NCBI RefSeq assembly: GCF_046292825.1
Contig: NZ_JBKBQG010000017.1
Location: 7,972 to 71,971, forward strand
Source of the DNA: Salinarimonas sp.
GTDB taxonomy: Bacteria; Pseudomonadota; Alphaproteobacteria; Rhizobiales; Beijerinckiaceae
DNA: 64,000 nucleotides
Direction: 5' to 3'
Below are positions 16,102-26,252 of this stretch, piece by piece. The translations under genes and the position numbers were made by a program. Position 1 is the first letter of the stretch; every line of letters starts with the position of its first letter. Under the pieces are notes generated by a model. It was not told the DNA's origin and searched no databases. It saw only the letters and a program-made list of their open reading frames with translations.

Positions 16102-17877
16102 CTATGGGGCCGGACGTCCGTCGCGCTCCTCCTCGGACAGGAGGGCGATGCGCTCCGGGGCGTGGAGGGCCAGCGTGGTGCCGGGGCCGGGGCCGAAGCG
16201 GTGGACGTAGAAGGCGGCGCTCTCGGCGGGGCTCATCACGGGGGAGGGGGCGGAGAGGATCCGCGTCTCGCCCGACGCGCCGATCCAGTCGATATGACGG
16301 TGGCCGTGCATCACGACGATGCGGCGCCCGAGCGGCTGCAGGAGGCGCACGAACGAGCTCGCGTTGATGAGCGCGGTCCCGATCCGCGCCGCGAAGCGCA
16401 CGGCCTTGGGGAATTCCACCACGTGGTGGTGCAGCGCGACGAGGAAGCGCGCCTTGGGGAACTCGCGCGTCGCGGTCACGAGGTCGCGGCTCTGCTCGGC
16501 CGAGATCAGCCCGAGCGCGTTCGTGAAGGAGAAATGCGTCTCGGCGTTCGAGTTGAGGAGGATCACGCCGAGCCCGTCCGGCCGCTCGGGCGGCAGCACC
16601 ATGGGGAAGATCTGGTCCCAGAGGGCGCCGAGCCGCAGCGAAAGCGCGTAGCTCCCCGTCTCCGCGAAGTCGCGCATCGCCTCGCGATGGGGCTCGAGCG
16701 CGGTCTCCAGCGTCTGGTCGAAGCGGCCGGTGTCGCGGTCGATCACGAGAACGCGCTCGCCCTGGATCGCGGCGATGGCCGAGAGCATGCGCATCTGGCG
16801 CAGCGTCTTGCCGGTGCTCGTCGGCAATTCGAGGCGGGCCGGGTTGGCGCGGTCCACGACGTTGAGATCGTGGTTGCCGGGGATCACGAGGGTGCGCGCG
16901 AGGAGCTCGGGATAGGCGCCGAGCGCCTCGTGGAAGGCGGCCCATTCGGTCGAGCGGCCGCCATCGGTCATGTCCCCGCTCATCAGGACGAGGTCGACCG
17001 GCCGCGCCGCGTGCGCCTGCGCGAGACGGGCGAGCGCTCGGGCGACCCGCTCGTTGCCGCGCGGCCCCGAGCGCCCGGCCTCGAGACGGAACTCGTAGGG
17101 GCCGCCGACGGCGTGGAGATCGGTCAGATGCGCGACGCGCCAGGTCTTGGCCCCCTCCGGGGGATCGTCGTCGAAACGGTCGAGCGCGCGCGCGGGCGGC
17201 ATCGTCGCGTCGGCAAGGCTCCAGAACAGGGAGGCGGCGGCGAGGAAGATCCCGATGATGACGACGCTGTTCGCCAAGGTCGGCACGATCAGGCGCTGGG
17301 GGAAGCGCAGGTCGAAGAAGTTGCCCGCCCAGCGCGATGACGGCCAGGCGAGGGAGACGATCCAGATCGCGAGCACGCACACGATCAGCCCGGCCGTCGC
17401 CGTGGCGAGCGAATGGAGATGGGCGCGCGTCCCCGGCGCGAGGCGCGAGGGCACGATCCGCTCGCCGAGATGGCGCAGGCTCTCGCGGAAGAGGACGTAG
17501 ACCGGCTGGACGACGAGCGAGATCAACGACCAGAAGCTGCGCTCCGTCGTGCGGTAGAGCGGGCGGCCGCCGAACCAGGCGAGCGCGAGGGCGAGCGCGA
17601 GCGTCACCACGGGCGCGAGATCGGAGACGATCTCGGCCGAGCGCCGGGACAGGAGCCCGTACCAGCCCGTGATGAGGAGCGGCGCGAGCCCCAGCAGCAC
17701 CGCCGGAAAGACGATCATGATGACGAGGGCGAGCGCGAGCTTCAGGAAGTTGAGCTCGACGATCATGCTCCCCGCGATCGCGAGGAGCGAACGGTGCCGC
17801 GGGCTCGACGCGTCGTCCTCGACGTCGCCGCGGCGCGGATCGATGATGAAGCGGTCTTGGCCGGCTCGCTCGGGCAC
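16102..17877 (-). CDS. membrane-anchored metallophosphoesterase
   Basis: N-terminal half has multiple TM helices. C-terminal half has calcineurin-like motifs LTDLH, SGDMTDGG, PGNHD and MHGHRH. Confidence 0.8.
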   Translation of the reverse strand: MPERAGQDRFIIDPRRGDVEDDASSPRHRSLLAIAGSMIVELNFLKLALALVIMIVFPAVLLGLAPLLITGWYGLLSRRSAEIVSDLAPVVTLALALALAWFGGRPLYRTTERSFWSLISLVVQPVYVLFRESLRHLGERIVPSRLAPGTRAHLHSLATATAGLIVCVLAIWIVSLAWPSSRWAGNFFDLRFPQRLIVPTLANSVVIIGIFLAAASLFWSLADATMPPARALDRFDDDPPEGAKTWRVAHLTDLHAVGGPYEFRLEAGRSGPRGNERVARALARLAQAHAARPVDLVLMSGDMTDGGRSTEWAAFHEALGAYPELLARTLVIPGNHDLNVVDRANPARLELPTSTGKTLRQMRMLSAIAAIQGERVLVIDRDTGRFDQTLETALEPHREAMRDFAETGSYALSLRLGALWDQIFPMVLPPERPDGLGVILLNSNAETHFSFTNALGLISAEQSRDLVTATREFPKARFLVALHHHVVEFPKAVRFAARIGTALINASSFVRLLQPLGRRIVVMHGHRHIDWIGASGETRILSAPSPVMSPAESAAFYVHRFGPGPGTTLALHAPERIALLSEEERDGRPAP

Positions 17878-17952
17878 GCGTCGAGATGATCCTCTGCGGG
17901 TCGCGAGAAGGTGCCCCGTGAGGCCCGGCGGAGCAAGCGCAATCGCGCGGGC

Positions 17953-18702
17953 TCAGGTGTCGAAGCGCACCCAACCCTGCGGCATCAGCCGCTCCTGGGG
18001 CAGGAAGCGCGCCTTGTAGGCCATCTTGCGCGAGCCCTCGACCCAATAGCCGAGATAGACGTAAGGCAGCCCCATCGCATGGGCGCGGGCGATGTGGTCG
18101 AGGATCACGAAGCTGCCGAGCGAGCGGTCGGACAGCTCGGGATCGTAGAACGAATAGACCATGGACAGGCCGTCCGCGAGGACGTCGGTCAGGCAGGTCG
18201 CGACGAGCGGCCCGGTGCCGCGCCCGTTGATCCCGCTGTCGGGCCCGCGGCGGCGATATTCGACGAGACGCGTGTCGATGTGGCTGTCCTCGATCATCAT
18301 CGCGTAATCGAGAACGGTCATGTCGATCATGCCGCCGTCGGAATGGCGGCTGTCGAGATAGCGGCGGAAGAGGGTGTACTGCTCGGAGCTCGGCTGATTC
18401 GGCCCGAGCGCGCCGATCAGGTCCCGATTCGCCTTGAGCACCCGGCGGAAGCTCGCGGAGGGGGCGAACTCCGCCACCGGCACGCGCACCGAGACGCAGG
18501 CCCGGCAGGTCTCGCAGGCGGGGCGGTAGGCGATCGTCTGCGAGCGGCGAAACCCGCCATGGGTGAGGATGTCGTTGAGCTCGCCCGCGCGGCGCCCAAC
18601 GAGATGGGTGAAGACCTTCCGCTCCTCCTTGCCGGGCAGGTAGGGGCAGGGGGAGGGCGCCGTCAGGAAGAATTGCGGCGTATCGCGGGAATGGCTGGTC
18701 AC
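17953..18702 (-). CDS. bpt: arginyltransferase / aspartate-glutamate leucyltransferase (N-end rule)
   Basis: [44 protein letters not shown] and the C-terminal YVYLGYWV motifs are typical of Bpt/ATE1. Confidence 0.85.
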   Translation of the reverse strand: MTSHSRDTPQFFLTAPSPCPYLPGKEERKVFTHLVGRRAGELNDILTHGGFRRSQTIAYRPACETCRACVSVRVPVAEFAPSASFRRVLKANRDLIGALGPNQPSSEQYTLFRRYLDSRHSDGGMIDMTVLDYAMMIEDSHIDTRLVEYRRRGPDSGINGRGTGPLVATCLTDVLADGLSMVYSFYDPELSDRSLGSFVILDHIARAHAMGLPYVYLGYWVEGSRKMAYKARFLPQERLMPQGWVRFDT

Positions 18703-18899
18703 GCTCGTCTCACCTCGCGGCCGGGCGGCCGGGCTCGTCTGTCATGAGGATAGCACCGGCTGCGCCGACGACAATGATCGCGGCCGTTGAAATCGCTGCC
18801 CGCGAGGGCGGTTTTTTGGCGCGCTGCGGCGTGACGCAGGGGAAGAGGCGGCGGAGCGCGAGGCCTTGCCCCGCCTGAACGGGGGGCTGAAGCCACCCC

Positions 18900-19094
18900 G
18901 TGTCATCCCCGGCCGGAGCACGCACAGCGTGCGCAGGGGAAGGGGACCCACCACAGGAAGGCGCTTGCGGAGCAAGCTCTCGCGCCGCCGACCAGGCGGC
19001 TCGTCGCCGCAATTATCGTGTGCTCCGCACACATCTTTGCGCTGGGTCCCCTTCCCCTGCGCACGCTTTGCGTGCTTCGGCCGGGGATGACACC
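18900..19094. repeat. family B intergenic palindromic repeat (MITE/REPIN-like), copy B1
   Basis: gtgtcatccccggccggagcacgc...aggggaccca ... tgggtccccttcccctgcgcacgc...cggccggggatgacac. Copies at 21702 and 36846. Termini and the GGGACCCA/TGGGTCCC subterminal boxes are shared with family A. Confidence 0.85.
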
Positions 19095-19117
19095 CTGGTG
19101 CTGGTTCTCGAATTCCC

Positions 19118-19624
19118 TTACGCCGCGTCGGCGCGCACGACGACGATGTCGACGAGAAGGTCGTGGCCGAGGCGCCGGTCGGAGCGGGCGAAGCCGATCA
19201 CGACGTCGATCACCCAGAGGAGGAAGGTCGAGGCTGCGAGCCAGAACAGGAGCGCGTGCACGCCCGCGGTGAGCACGTCGACGCGCTTCGGCGAGGCCGC
19301 GCGCAGGACCCTGAGGCCCGTGAGCCGCATGCCGATCGTCGCCTGGTTGGCGCCCCCGACGGTCATCGCGCTGTAGAGGAGGCCGACGCCGGGCACCAGG
19401 ATCGCGAACAAAGCCCAGGCGAGCCCGAAGGTGAGCACCCCGAGCACCAGGATCGCGAAGCCGAACATCATCACGAGGGCCGAGATGACGATGAAGTCGA
19501 CGCAGAAGGCGACGAGCCGGCGACCCAGCACGCCGTCCGTCGCGCGGTCGTAATCGACCGGGGGGTAGATCTCGATCGCAGCATCGGAAATGCGGCGCGG
19601 CTCGTTCACGTGTCGTCTCCTCAC
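19118..19624 (-). CDS. RDD family membrane protein
   Basis: 168 aa with three TM segments. RRLVAFCVDFIV and GMRLTGLRV are RDD-family-like. Confidence 0.65.
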   Translation of the reverse strand: MRRRHVNEPRRISDAAIEIYPPVDYDRATDGVLGRRLVAFCVDFIVISALVMMFGFAILVLGVLTFGLAWALFAILVPGVGLLYSAMTVGGANQATIGMRLTGLRVLRAASPKRVDVLTAGVHALLFWLAASTFLLWVIDVVIGFARSDRRLGHDLLVDIVVVRADAA

Positions 19625-20883
19625 AAGCCCGTCGTGGCCTGCGAGAGGCCGCGCGGATCGATGCGCATCGGCGCGTAGCCGTCCTCGGCCAGCGCCGCGA
19701 AGATCTGCCGCGTATGGGCGGCATCCCGCGTCTCGACCGTGACGTCCACCGTCACGCCCTTGGCGGGAACGTCTAGATAGAGACGACCATGCGAGACTTC
19801 CAGGATGTTGGCGCCGAGCGCGCCGAGCCGGCTCGCGACGCGGCCGAGGAGGCCCGGGCGGTCGTCGGACGTGATGCGGAAGGAGACGATGCGCTCGTCG
19901 CGCTCGAGCTCGCGCACCATCACCGAGGCGAGGAGGCGCGCGTCGATGTTGCCGCCGCAGAGCACCACGCCGACGCGCTGCCCTGCGAAGAGATCGGGCC
20001 GCGCCAGCATCGCCGCGAGGCCCGCCGCGCCCGCGCCCTCCGCCATGGTGCGCAGGAGCGTCGCCGAGAGGTTCACCGCCCGCTCGATCTCCGGCTCGTC
20101 CACGACGACGATGGTCTCGACGAGGTCGCGCACGATGGGGATCGCGAGCCGACCGGCATTCTTCACCGCGATGCCCTCCGCGAGGCTCGCGCCGCCGACG
20201 GCGAGGCTTTCGCCGGTGAGCGCGTTGTGCATGGAGGGGTAGAGCCGCGCCTCGACGCCGACGATTCGGATCTGCGGCCGCAGCGCCTTCGCGGCGACCG
20301 CGATCCCGGAGATCAGCCCGCCGCCGCCGATCGGCACGACGAGCATGTCGAGATCGGGCGCCTCCGCGAGCATCTCGAGCGCAATGGTGCCCTGGCCTGC
20401 CATCACGAGCGGGTCGTCGTAGGGGTGGACGAAGACGAGGCCCTGCTCGGCCTCGAGCCGATGCGCCTCGGTCTCCGATTCGGACAGGGTCTCGCCGACG
20501 AGGACCACGTTCGCGCCATAGCCGCGGGTGTTCTCGACCTTCACGAGGGGCGTCGAGGCGGGCATCACGATGGTGGCGGGCACGCCGAGGCGCTGGGCGT
20601 GGTAGGCGACGGCCTGGGCGTGGTTGCCCGCCGACATCGCGACGACGCCGCGGGCGCGCTCGTCGGCGTCGAGCGCCGCGAGCCGGTTCGCCGCCCCGCG
20701 CTCCTTGAACGAGCCCGTCGCCTGCAGCGTCTCGAGCTTGAGGGACAGGCGCGCGCCGAGCCGATCGGAGAGCCGCGGCGCGGCGACGAGGGGCGTGCGC
20801 GCGACATGGGCCGCGATCGTCGCCGCCGCCGCCTCGACGTCGGCGAGGGAGATGGCGTGGGAGAGGGGAGTTTCGTCGCTCAC
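19621..20883 (-). CDS. threonine ammonia-lyase (threonine dehydratase), PLP-dependent, with C-terminal ACT-like domain
   Basis: Motifs LKLETLQATGSFKERGA (PLP lysine), MSAGNHAQAVAY and GGGGLISG. GTG start VSDETPL chosen; the upstream part of the track ORF is junk. Confidence 0.85.
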   Translation of the reverse strand: MSDETPLSHAISLADVEAAAATIAAHVARTPLVAAPRLSDRLGARLSLKLETLQATGSFKERGAANRLAALDADERARGVVAMSAGNHAQAVAYHAQRLGVPATIVMPASTPLVKVENTRGYGANVVLVGETLSESETEAHRLEAEQGLVFVHPYDDPLVMAGQGTIALEMLAEAPDLDMLVVPIGGGGLISGIAVAAKALRPQIRIVGVEARLYPSMHNALTGESLAVGGASLAEGIAVKNAGRLAIPIVRDLVETIVVVDEPEIERAVNLSATLLRTMAEGAGAAGLAAMLARPDLFAGQRVGVVLCGGNIDARLLASVMVRELERDERIVSFRITSDDRPGLLGRVASRLGALGANILEVSHGRLYLDVPAKGVTVDVTVETRDAAHTRQIFAALAEDGYAPMRIDPRGLSQATTGL

Positions 20884-20906
20884 GTTGGCCCGCGCCGAGG
20901 CGCCTC

Positions 20907-21560
20907 TCAGACGAGGAAGGGATTGGTCGTCCGCTCGTGACCCATCGTGCTCATCGGGCCGTGGCCGCAGACGAAGGCGACGTCGTCCCCGAGCGGCAGG
21001 AGCTTCTCCTTGATCGAGGCGATCAGGAGATCGTGGTCGCCGCCGGGGAGATCGGTGCGACCGATCGAGCCGGCGAACAGGGCGTCGCCGACGATCGCGA
21101 GCCGGTCGGCCTCCGAGACGAAGGCGACGGAGCCCGGCGAATGGCCCGGCACGCGGCGCACGGAGAAGGGGATGCCGCCGACATCCACGACGTCGCCCTC
21201 GTCGAGCCAGCGATCGGGCGAGACCGGGCGCGCGGGCGGCAGGCCGAAATTTCTCGACATCTGCGTGAGGAGCTCGCCCATCATGAACGCGTCCTCGTGA
21301 TGCGGCCCCTCGACCGGCACCGGCAGCGCGTCCAGGAGGTCCGCGACGCCGGCGACGTGATCGACATGGCCGTGGGTGAGGAGGATGCGCTCGACGGTGA
21401 TTCCGACCTGGGCGATCGCCTCGAGAATCGCCGGCACGTCGCCGCCCGGGTCGATCACCACGCCGCGCATCGTCTCGCGCGCGAACAGGACCGTGCAGTT
21501 CTGCTCGAAAGGCGTCACCGGCACGATCACGGCGGACAGCCGCGGCTCTTTGTCGGACAT
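20907..21560 (-). CDS. MBL-fold metallo-hydrolase (glyoxalase II-like)
   Basis: LTHGHVDHVAG metal-binding motif, VPGHSPG, and a C-terminal GHG. 217 aa. Confidence 0.8.
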   Translation of the reverse strand: MSDKEPRLSAVIVPVTPFEQNCTVLFARETMRGVVIDPGGDVPAILEAIAQVGITVERILLTHGHVDHVAGVADLLDALPVPVEGPHHEDAFMMGELLTQMSRNFGLPPARPVSPDRWLDEGDVVDVGGIPFSVRRVPGHSPGSVAFVSEADRLAIVGDALFAGSIGRTDLPGGDHDLLIASIKEKLLPLGDDVAFVCGHGPMSTMGHERTTNPFLV

Positions 21561-21606
21561 GAAGCTCTCCTCGTCTCGCCGAGCCTTGTGCCACGGGGGA
21601 GGGGGC

Positions 21607-21627
21607 GTGTCATCCCCGGCGGGGATG
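21607..21627. repeat. solo terminal palindrome of repeat families A/B
   Basis: gtgtcatccccggcggggatg: the two termini abut with no internal segment. It lies 75 bp from copy B2. Confidence 0.5.
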
Positions 21628-21701
21628 TCCGTTCCCTCAGGGGACGGTGGCTGCCGCGGCTGTCATCAAGTCAGTCGCGCCGACAGGGTGAGCGCTCCAC
21701 C

Positions 21702-21896
21702 GGTGTCATCCCCGGCCGGAGGTCGCTTGCGACCGGAGGGGAAGGGGACCCAGCGTGAAAATTGCTTGCGGAGCAAGCGCTTGCGGCGGCGTCTAGCCGC
21801 CTGGTCGGCGGCACGATCGTGTGCTCCGCACACGTTTTGGTGCTGGGTCCCCTTCCCCTGCGCACGCTATGCGTGCTCCGGCAGGAAATGACACCG
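21702..21896. repeat. family B repeat, copy B2 (central segment inverted relative to B1/B3)
   Basis: Same termini and GGGGACCCA/TGGGTCCCC boxes. The central gccgcctggtcggcggc is the reverse complement of gccgccgaccaggcggc in B1/B3. Confidence 0.85.
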
Positions 21897-21949
21897 CCCT
21901 GTCGAACCCCTCGCGTCGCAATCGCCCCCGCGCGCGGGGGCGGTTCGCG

Positions 21950-23824
21950 TCAGCTCTTGTTCGCGGCGGCGGGCTTCTTGGCGAACATGCTCTTGAGGTT
22001 CGACCACAGCTCGATCTTCACGCCGTGGCGGCGCATGATCCAGCCCTGCTGGATGACCGAGAGGAGGTTGTTCCAGGCCCAGTAGATCACGAGGCCGGCC
22101 GGGAAGGACGCGAGCAGGAACGTGAACAGCACCGGCATCCAGGTGAACACGGCCTTCTGGATCGGGTCCGGCGGCTCGGGGTTCATCTTCATCTGGACGA
22201 ACATCGTGATGCCCATCAGGATCGGCCACACGCCCACCGTGAGGAAGAGCGGCACCGACCAGGGCAAGAGCCCGAACAGGTTGAAGATCGAGGTCGGATC
22301 GGGCGCGGCGAGGTCCTGGATCCAACCGAAGAAGGGCGCGTGCCGCATCTCGATCGTGACGAACAGCACCTTGTAGAGCGCGAAGAAGACCGGGATCTGG
22401 ATCAGGACCGGCCAGCAGCCCGCCACGGGATTGATCTTCTCCCGCTTGTAGAGCTCCATCAGCTCCTGCTGCTGCTTCATGCGATCGTCCTTGTAGCGAT
22501 CGCGGATGGCAACCATCTCCGGCTGCACGGCCTTCATCTTCGCCATCGAGGCGTAGGACTTGTTGGCCAGCGGGAAGAAGAGGAGCTTCAGGAGCACCGT
22601 GACGATCAGGATCGACACGCCGAAATTGCCCGTCACGCCGGCAAAGAAGCTCAGCGCGTAGAAGAGCGGCTTCGTGATGAAGTAGAACCAGCCCCAATCG
22701 ATCAGGAGGTCGAACTTCAGGATGCCGTAGCGCGACGCGTAGCCGTCGACGACGTCGACCTCCTTGGCGCCGGCGAAGAGCCGCTTCGTGTTGGTGAGCG
22801 TCTCGCCGGGCGCGACCGCCGTGCCGGCGCCCATCACGTCGGCCTGGAAGATCGGGCGGGTCGGATCGGGCTGGACGGTGAAGCGGCCGGTGAAGGGCAG
22901 CGTCTGGTCCGGGATGATCGCCGCGGCCCAGTACTTGTCGGTGATGCCCGCCCAGCCGCCGACGACCTCGCGCCAGGCCTCGCCGAGCACGCCGGGCGCG
23001 AGCGTGCGCGCGCCCTCGACGTTCGAATAGGTCCATTCCTGCAGGCCCTGCTCGCCGAGAACGCCGATGAAGCCCTCGTGCAGGACGAAATAGCCGAGCA
23101 CTTCCGGGCGACCGTGGCGGGAGACGAGGCCGTAGGGGAAGAGCGTCAGCGTCTCGCCCGACGCGTTCTCGACGCTGTCCTCGATCGTGAACATGGCGTC
23201 CGCGTCGACCGCGATCGTGCGCCGGAAGACGATGCCCGCCTCGTTCTCCCAGGAGAGCGTGACCGGGTTGCCGGGGCCCATGCGGTCGGCGCTCGCCGTC
23301 CACACGGTGTCGAGGCCCGGCAGGCCGCCAGGTACGGCGCCCGAGGCCACCCAACCGAACTCGGCGTAATAGGGCTCGGCCGTGCCGGTGGGCGCGAACA
23401 GCACGATGTTGGGCGAATCCGGATCGACCGTCTCGCGGTAGTCGCGCAGGACGAGGTCGTCGATGCGCCCGCCGCGCAGGTTGATCGAGCCGACCTTCGA
23501 GGGCGTGTCGACGATCACGCGCGGCGACTGGGCGAGCACCGCCTCGCGGGCGGCCGGCATGCCCGGCATCCCGGGGATCGTGGGGATGTCGGTCGCCGGC
23601 GCGCCGGGGCTCGTCGCGGCCTCGCCCGGCAGGGGCAGGTTCGGCCGGGCGGGATCGCCGAGCTGCTGCTGCTGCTGGAGGCGCTCCTCCATCGCGGCGC
23701 GCTGCTGCGCCTCGCGCTCCGCCTGCGGCGCGGCGTAGAAATACGTCCAGGCCACGAACACGATCACCGAGAGGACGATCGCGAGGAGCATGTTTCGGTT
23801 GTCTTCGGCGCGCATGGGTCCCAC
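21950..23824 (-). CDS. yidC: membrane protein insertase YidC
   Basis: N-terminal anchor [15 protein letters not shown], a large periplasmic domain, and a C-terminal 5-TM core ([26 protein letters not shown]). Sits in the rpmH-rnpA-yidC context. The true start may be a few codons inside. Confidence 0.9.
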   Translation of the reverse strand: MGPMRAEDNRNMLLAIVLSVIVFVAWTYFYAAPQAEREAQQRAAMEERLQQQQQLGDPARPNLPLPGEAATSPGAPATDIPTIPGMPGMPAAREAVLAQSPRVIVDTPSKVGSINLRGGRIDDLVLRDYRETVDPDSPNIVLFAPTGTAEPYYAEFGWVASGAVPGGLPGLDTVWTASADRMGPGNPVTLSWENEAGIVFRRTIAVDADAMFTIEDSVENASGETLTLFPYGLVSRHGRPEVLGYFVLHEGFIGVLGEQGLQEWTYSNVEGARTLAPGVLGEAWREVVGGWAGITDKYWAAAIIPDQTLPFTGRFTVQPDPTRPIFQADVMGAGTAVAPGETLTNTKRLFAGAKEVDVVDGYASRYGILKFDLLIDWGWFYFITKPLFYALSFFAGVTGNFGVSILIVTVLLKLLFFPLANKSYASMAKMKAVQPEMVAIRDRYKDDRMKQQQELMELYKREKINPVAGCWPVLIQIPVFFALYKVLFVTIEMRHAPFFGWIQDLAAPDPTSIFNLFGLLPWSVPLFLTVGVWPILMGITMFVQMKMNPEPPDPIQKAVFTWMPVLFTFLLASFPAGLVIYWAWNNLLSVIQQGWIMRRHGVKIELWSNLKSMFAKKPAAANKS

Positions 23825-23842
23825 GGTCCGTGAGGTGTCGGG

Positions 23843-24370
23843 TCAGGTCTGCGATGTGGGCGGCTTGCGCCGACCGTCCGATGCGGCGCGCGGCGCACGG
23901 GTGTCCTCCCGCGCCGGGCGCCGGGCGGGACGAGACCCGCCGGGTTTCGTCACCACGTGGAGGGCGCGGACGAAATCGTCAATGAGACTCGCATACGCAG
24001 CCTCGAGCGCGGGGCGCCGCGCGATCACGACCACGTCCGCCTCCGGCAGCGGATCGGGCGGCGTCGCCAGGGCCACGGCCGATTCCGCCCCCGGCGAGTC
24101 GTTCCCGGGCGCGGCGTCGTGTCGCGCGAGCGCCTCGCGCGTCGCGTGCCGAAGACGCCGCTTGATGCGGTTGCGCTCGGTGGCGTGGCCGACCTTCTTC
24201 GTCACGGTCAGACCGATGCGAAGCCCCGCGCCCGGCGCTTCGGCCGGATCGCGCAGGCGACCCTGCACGGTCATCCGCTCGGAATGAAAGCGGCGGCCCG
24301 TGGCCGCCGCGACGAACTCGTGCCGTTTCGTCAGGCGACCGGCCCGCCCCGCAGGAGCGTCGGTGAGCAT
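23843..24370 (-). CDS. rnpA: ribonuclease P protein component
   Basis: GLTVTKKVGHATERNRIKRRLR is the RnpA signature. Located between rpmH and yidC. It has an unusually long basic C-terminal tail. Confidence 0.8.
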   Translation of the reverse strand: MLTDAPAGRAGRLTKRHEFVAAATGRRFHSERMTVQGRLRDPAEAPGAGLRIGLTVTKKVGHATERNRIKRRLRHATREALARHDAAPGNDSPGAESAVALATPPDPLPEADVVVIARRPALEAAYASLIDDFVRALHVVTKPGGSRPARRPAREDTRAPRAASDGRRKPPTSQT

Positions 24371-24392
24371 CGGCCCGGCCGCCCGCGCCGCC

Positions 24393-24527
24393 TCAGGCGG
24401 AGAGCTTCTTGCGGCCGCGGGCGCGGCGCGCCGCGATCACCTTGCGACCACCCACCGTCGCCATGCGCGCACGGAAACCGTGGCGGCGCTTGCGAACGAG
24501 CTTGCTGGGTTGATACGTCCTCTTCAC
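24393..24527 (-). CDS. rpmH: 50S ribosomal protein L34
   Basis: [44 protein letters not shown] is canonical L34 (44 aa) with a GTG start. The longer track ORF is spurious. Confidence 0.95.
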   Translation of the reverse strand: MKRTYQPSKLVRKRRHGFRARMATVGGRKVIAARRARGRKKLSA

Positions 24528-24792
24528 GGCCTTCACTCCGGTCGGGTCTTCGAGGGCTGACGCGGGGCCCCTCGCGGGAGCCGCGCCGACGCCGTCACGT
24601 GTCGGATGTCGAAATACAAGGGGCCGCCGCCCGCGCGGAGCGTCGTCCTCGGTCGCGCGGCTTATGACGGATGGCGCCCCACAAGTCAACGCAAAGCGTC
24701 GGGCGCCGTCGCGCGGGTGTTCACGACGCCCGCATTGGGTTAGCAACGACGCGGCGGCCGCCTGGGACGCCGCGCGTGACGGGTGGAGACGC

Positions 24793-26232
24793 ATGACGAA
24801 GACCCTCGAGCCGGATCTGTGCGTGGTGGGAGCCGGCGCGGCCGGCCTGTCGGCGGCCTCGATCGCGGCCTCGCTCGGCGCGTCGGTCGTGCTCGTCGAG
24901 CGCGGCACGATGGGCGGGGATTGCCTCAATCACGGCTGCGTGCCCTCGAAGGCCCTCATCGCCGCCGCCGAGCGCGCCCACGCGCAGGCGACGAGCGCAC
25001 CCTTCGGCGTCAAGGCCCGCGAGCCGGAGGTCGACATGCTCGCGGTGCGCGAGCACGTGCGCGGCGTCATCGCGGGGATCGCCCCCGTCGATTCGGTCGA
25101 GCGCTATCGCGCGCTCGGCGTCGCGGTCCTGCAGGAGAGCGCGCGCTTCGCCGATGCGCGGACCCTTCTCGTCGGCGAGACGACGATCCGCCCGCGCCGC
25201 GTGGTCCTCGCCACCGGCTCGCGCCCGGCTCTGCCGGAGATCCCCGGGCTCGACCGCACGCCCCACCTCACCAACGAGACGATCTTCGATCTCGGCCGCC
25301 GGCCCAAGCACCTCCTCGTGATCGGGGCGGGGCCCGTCGGCATGGAGCTCGCCCAGGCCTTCCGCCGGCTCGGCTCGGCCGTGACCGTGATCGCGAACGG
25401 CGAGGCGCTGCCGCGGGAGGATCGCGAGGCGGCCGGGATCGTCGTGGCCGCCCTGCGGGCCGACGGCGTGACGATCCACGAGGGCGCCGCGATCGACCGC
25501 GCGGAGCCCGCCGAGGAGGGCGTGCGCGTCGCCTTGCGGCTCGCGAGCGGGCACGAGCGCCTCCTCGACGGCTCCCACCTCCTCGTCGCGGTCGGGCGAC
25601 GCCCCGTGGTCGAGGATCTGGGGCTCGAGGCGGCGGGCATCGCGCACGGGCCGGACGGCATCCGGGTCGACGCGCGGCTGCGCACCTCGAACAAGCGCGT
25701 CTACGCGATCGGCGATTGCGCGACCGGCGGGACCGGGGGCCTGCGCCTCACCCACGCCGCCGGCCAGCACGCGAGCCTCGTGGTGCGCCAGGCCCTGTTC
25801 GGCGTTCCCGCCCGCTTCGACCCCGCCCTCGTGCCGCGCGCGACCTATACCGACCCGGAGATCGCGTCGGTGGGGCTTTCCGAGGAGGAGGCCTTCGCCA
25901 AGGACGCGCGCGCCCGCATCCTGCGCTGGCCGCTCGCCGAGAACGATCGCGCCCGCGCCGAGCGGACGACGTCCGGCCTCATCAAGGCCATCGTCGCGCG
26001 CAATGGTCGAATCATGGGCTGCACGATCGTCGCTCCGCATGCGGGCGAGCTGATCGCGCCGTGGACGCTCGCGCTCGCCAAGGGACTGACCGCGCGCGAT
26101 CTCGCGGGGCTGGTGATGCCCTATCCGACGCTGTCCGAGATCACCAAGCGGGCGGCGGTGGAGGATTTGAAGGGGCTCGCGCTCAATCCGTGGCTCGGAC
26201 GGTTGCGTAATCTCGTACGCTGGCTCGGCTGA
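24793..26232 (+). CDS. FAD-dependent pyridine nucleotide-disulfide oxidoreductase (dihydrolipoyl dehydrogenase / mercuric reductase-like class I)
   Basis: [15 protein letters not shown] (FAD), [13 protein letters not shown] (redox-active CxxxxC), a second [10 protein letters not shown] Rossmann motif, and a C-terminal dimerisation domain. ATG lies after ggtggag. Confidence 0.85.
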   Translation: MTKTLEPDLCVVGAGAAGLSAASIAASLGASVVLVERGTMGGDCLNHGCVPSKALIAAAERAHAQATSAPFGVKAREPEVDMLAVREHVRGVIAGIAPVDSVERYRALGVAVLQESARFADARTLLVGETTIRPRRVVLATGSRPALPEIPGLDRTPHLTNETIFDLGRRPKHLLVIGAGPVGMELAQAFRRLGSAVTVIANGEALPREDREAAGIVVAALRADGVTIHEGAAIDRAEPAEEGVRVALRLASGHERLLDGSHLLVAVGRRPVVEDLGLEAAGIAHGPDGIRVDARLRTSNKRVYAIGDCATGGTGGLRLTHAAGQHASLVVRQALFGVPARFDPALVPRATYTDPEIASVGLSEEEAFAKDARARILRWPLAENDRARAERTTSGLIKAIVARNGRIMGCTIVAPHAGELIAPWTLALAKGLTARDLAGLVMPYPTLSEITKRAAVEDLKGLALNPWLGRLRNLVRWLG

Positions 26233-26252
26233 AGGAGGACGCTGGAGGCGCG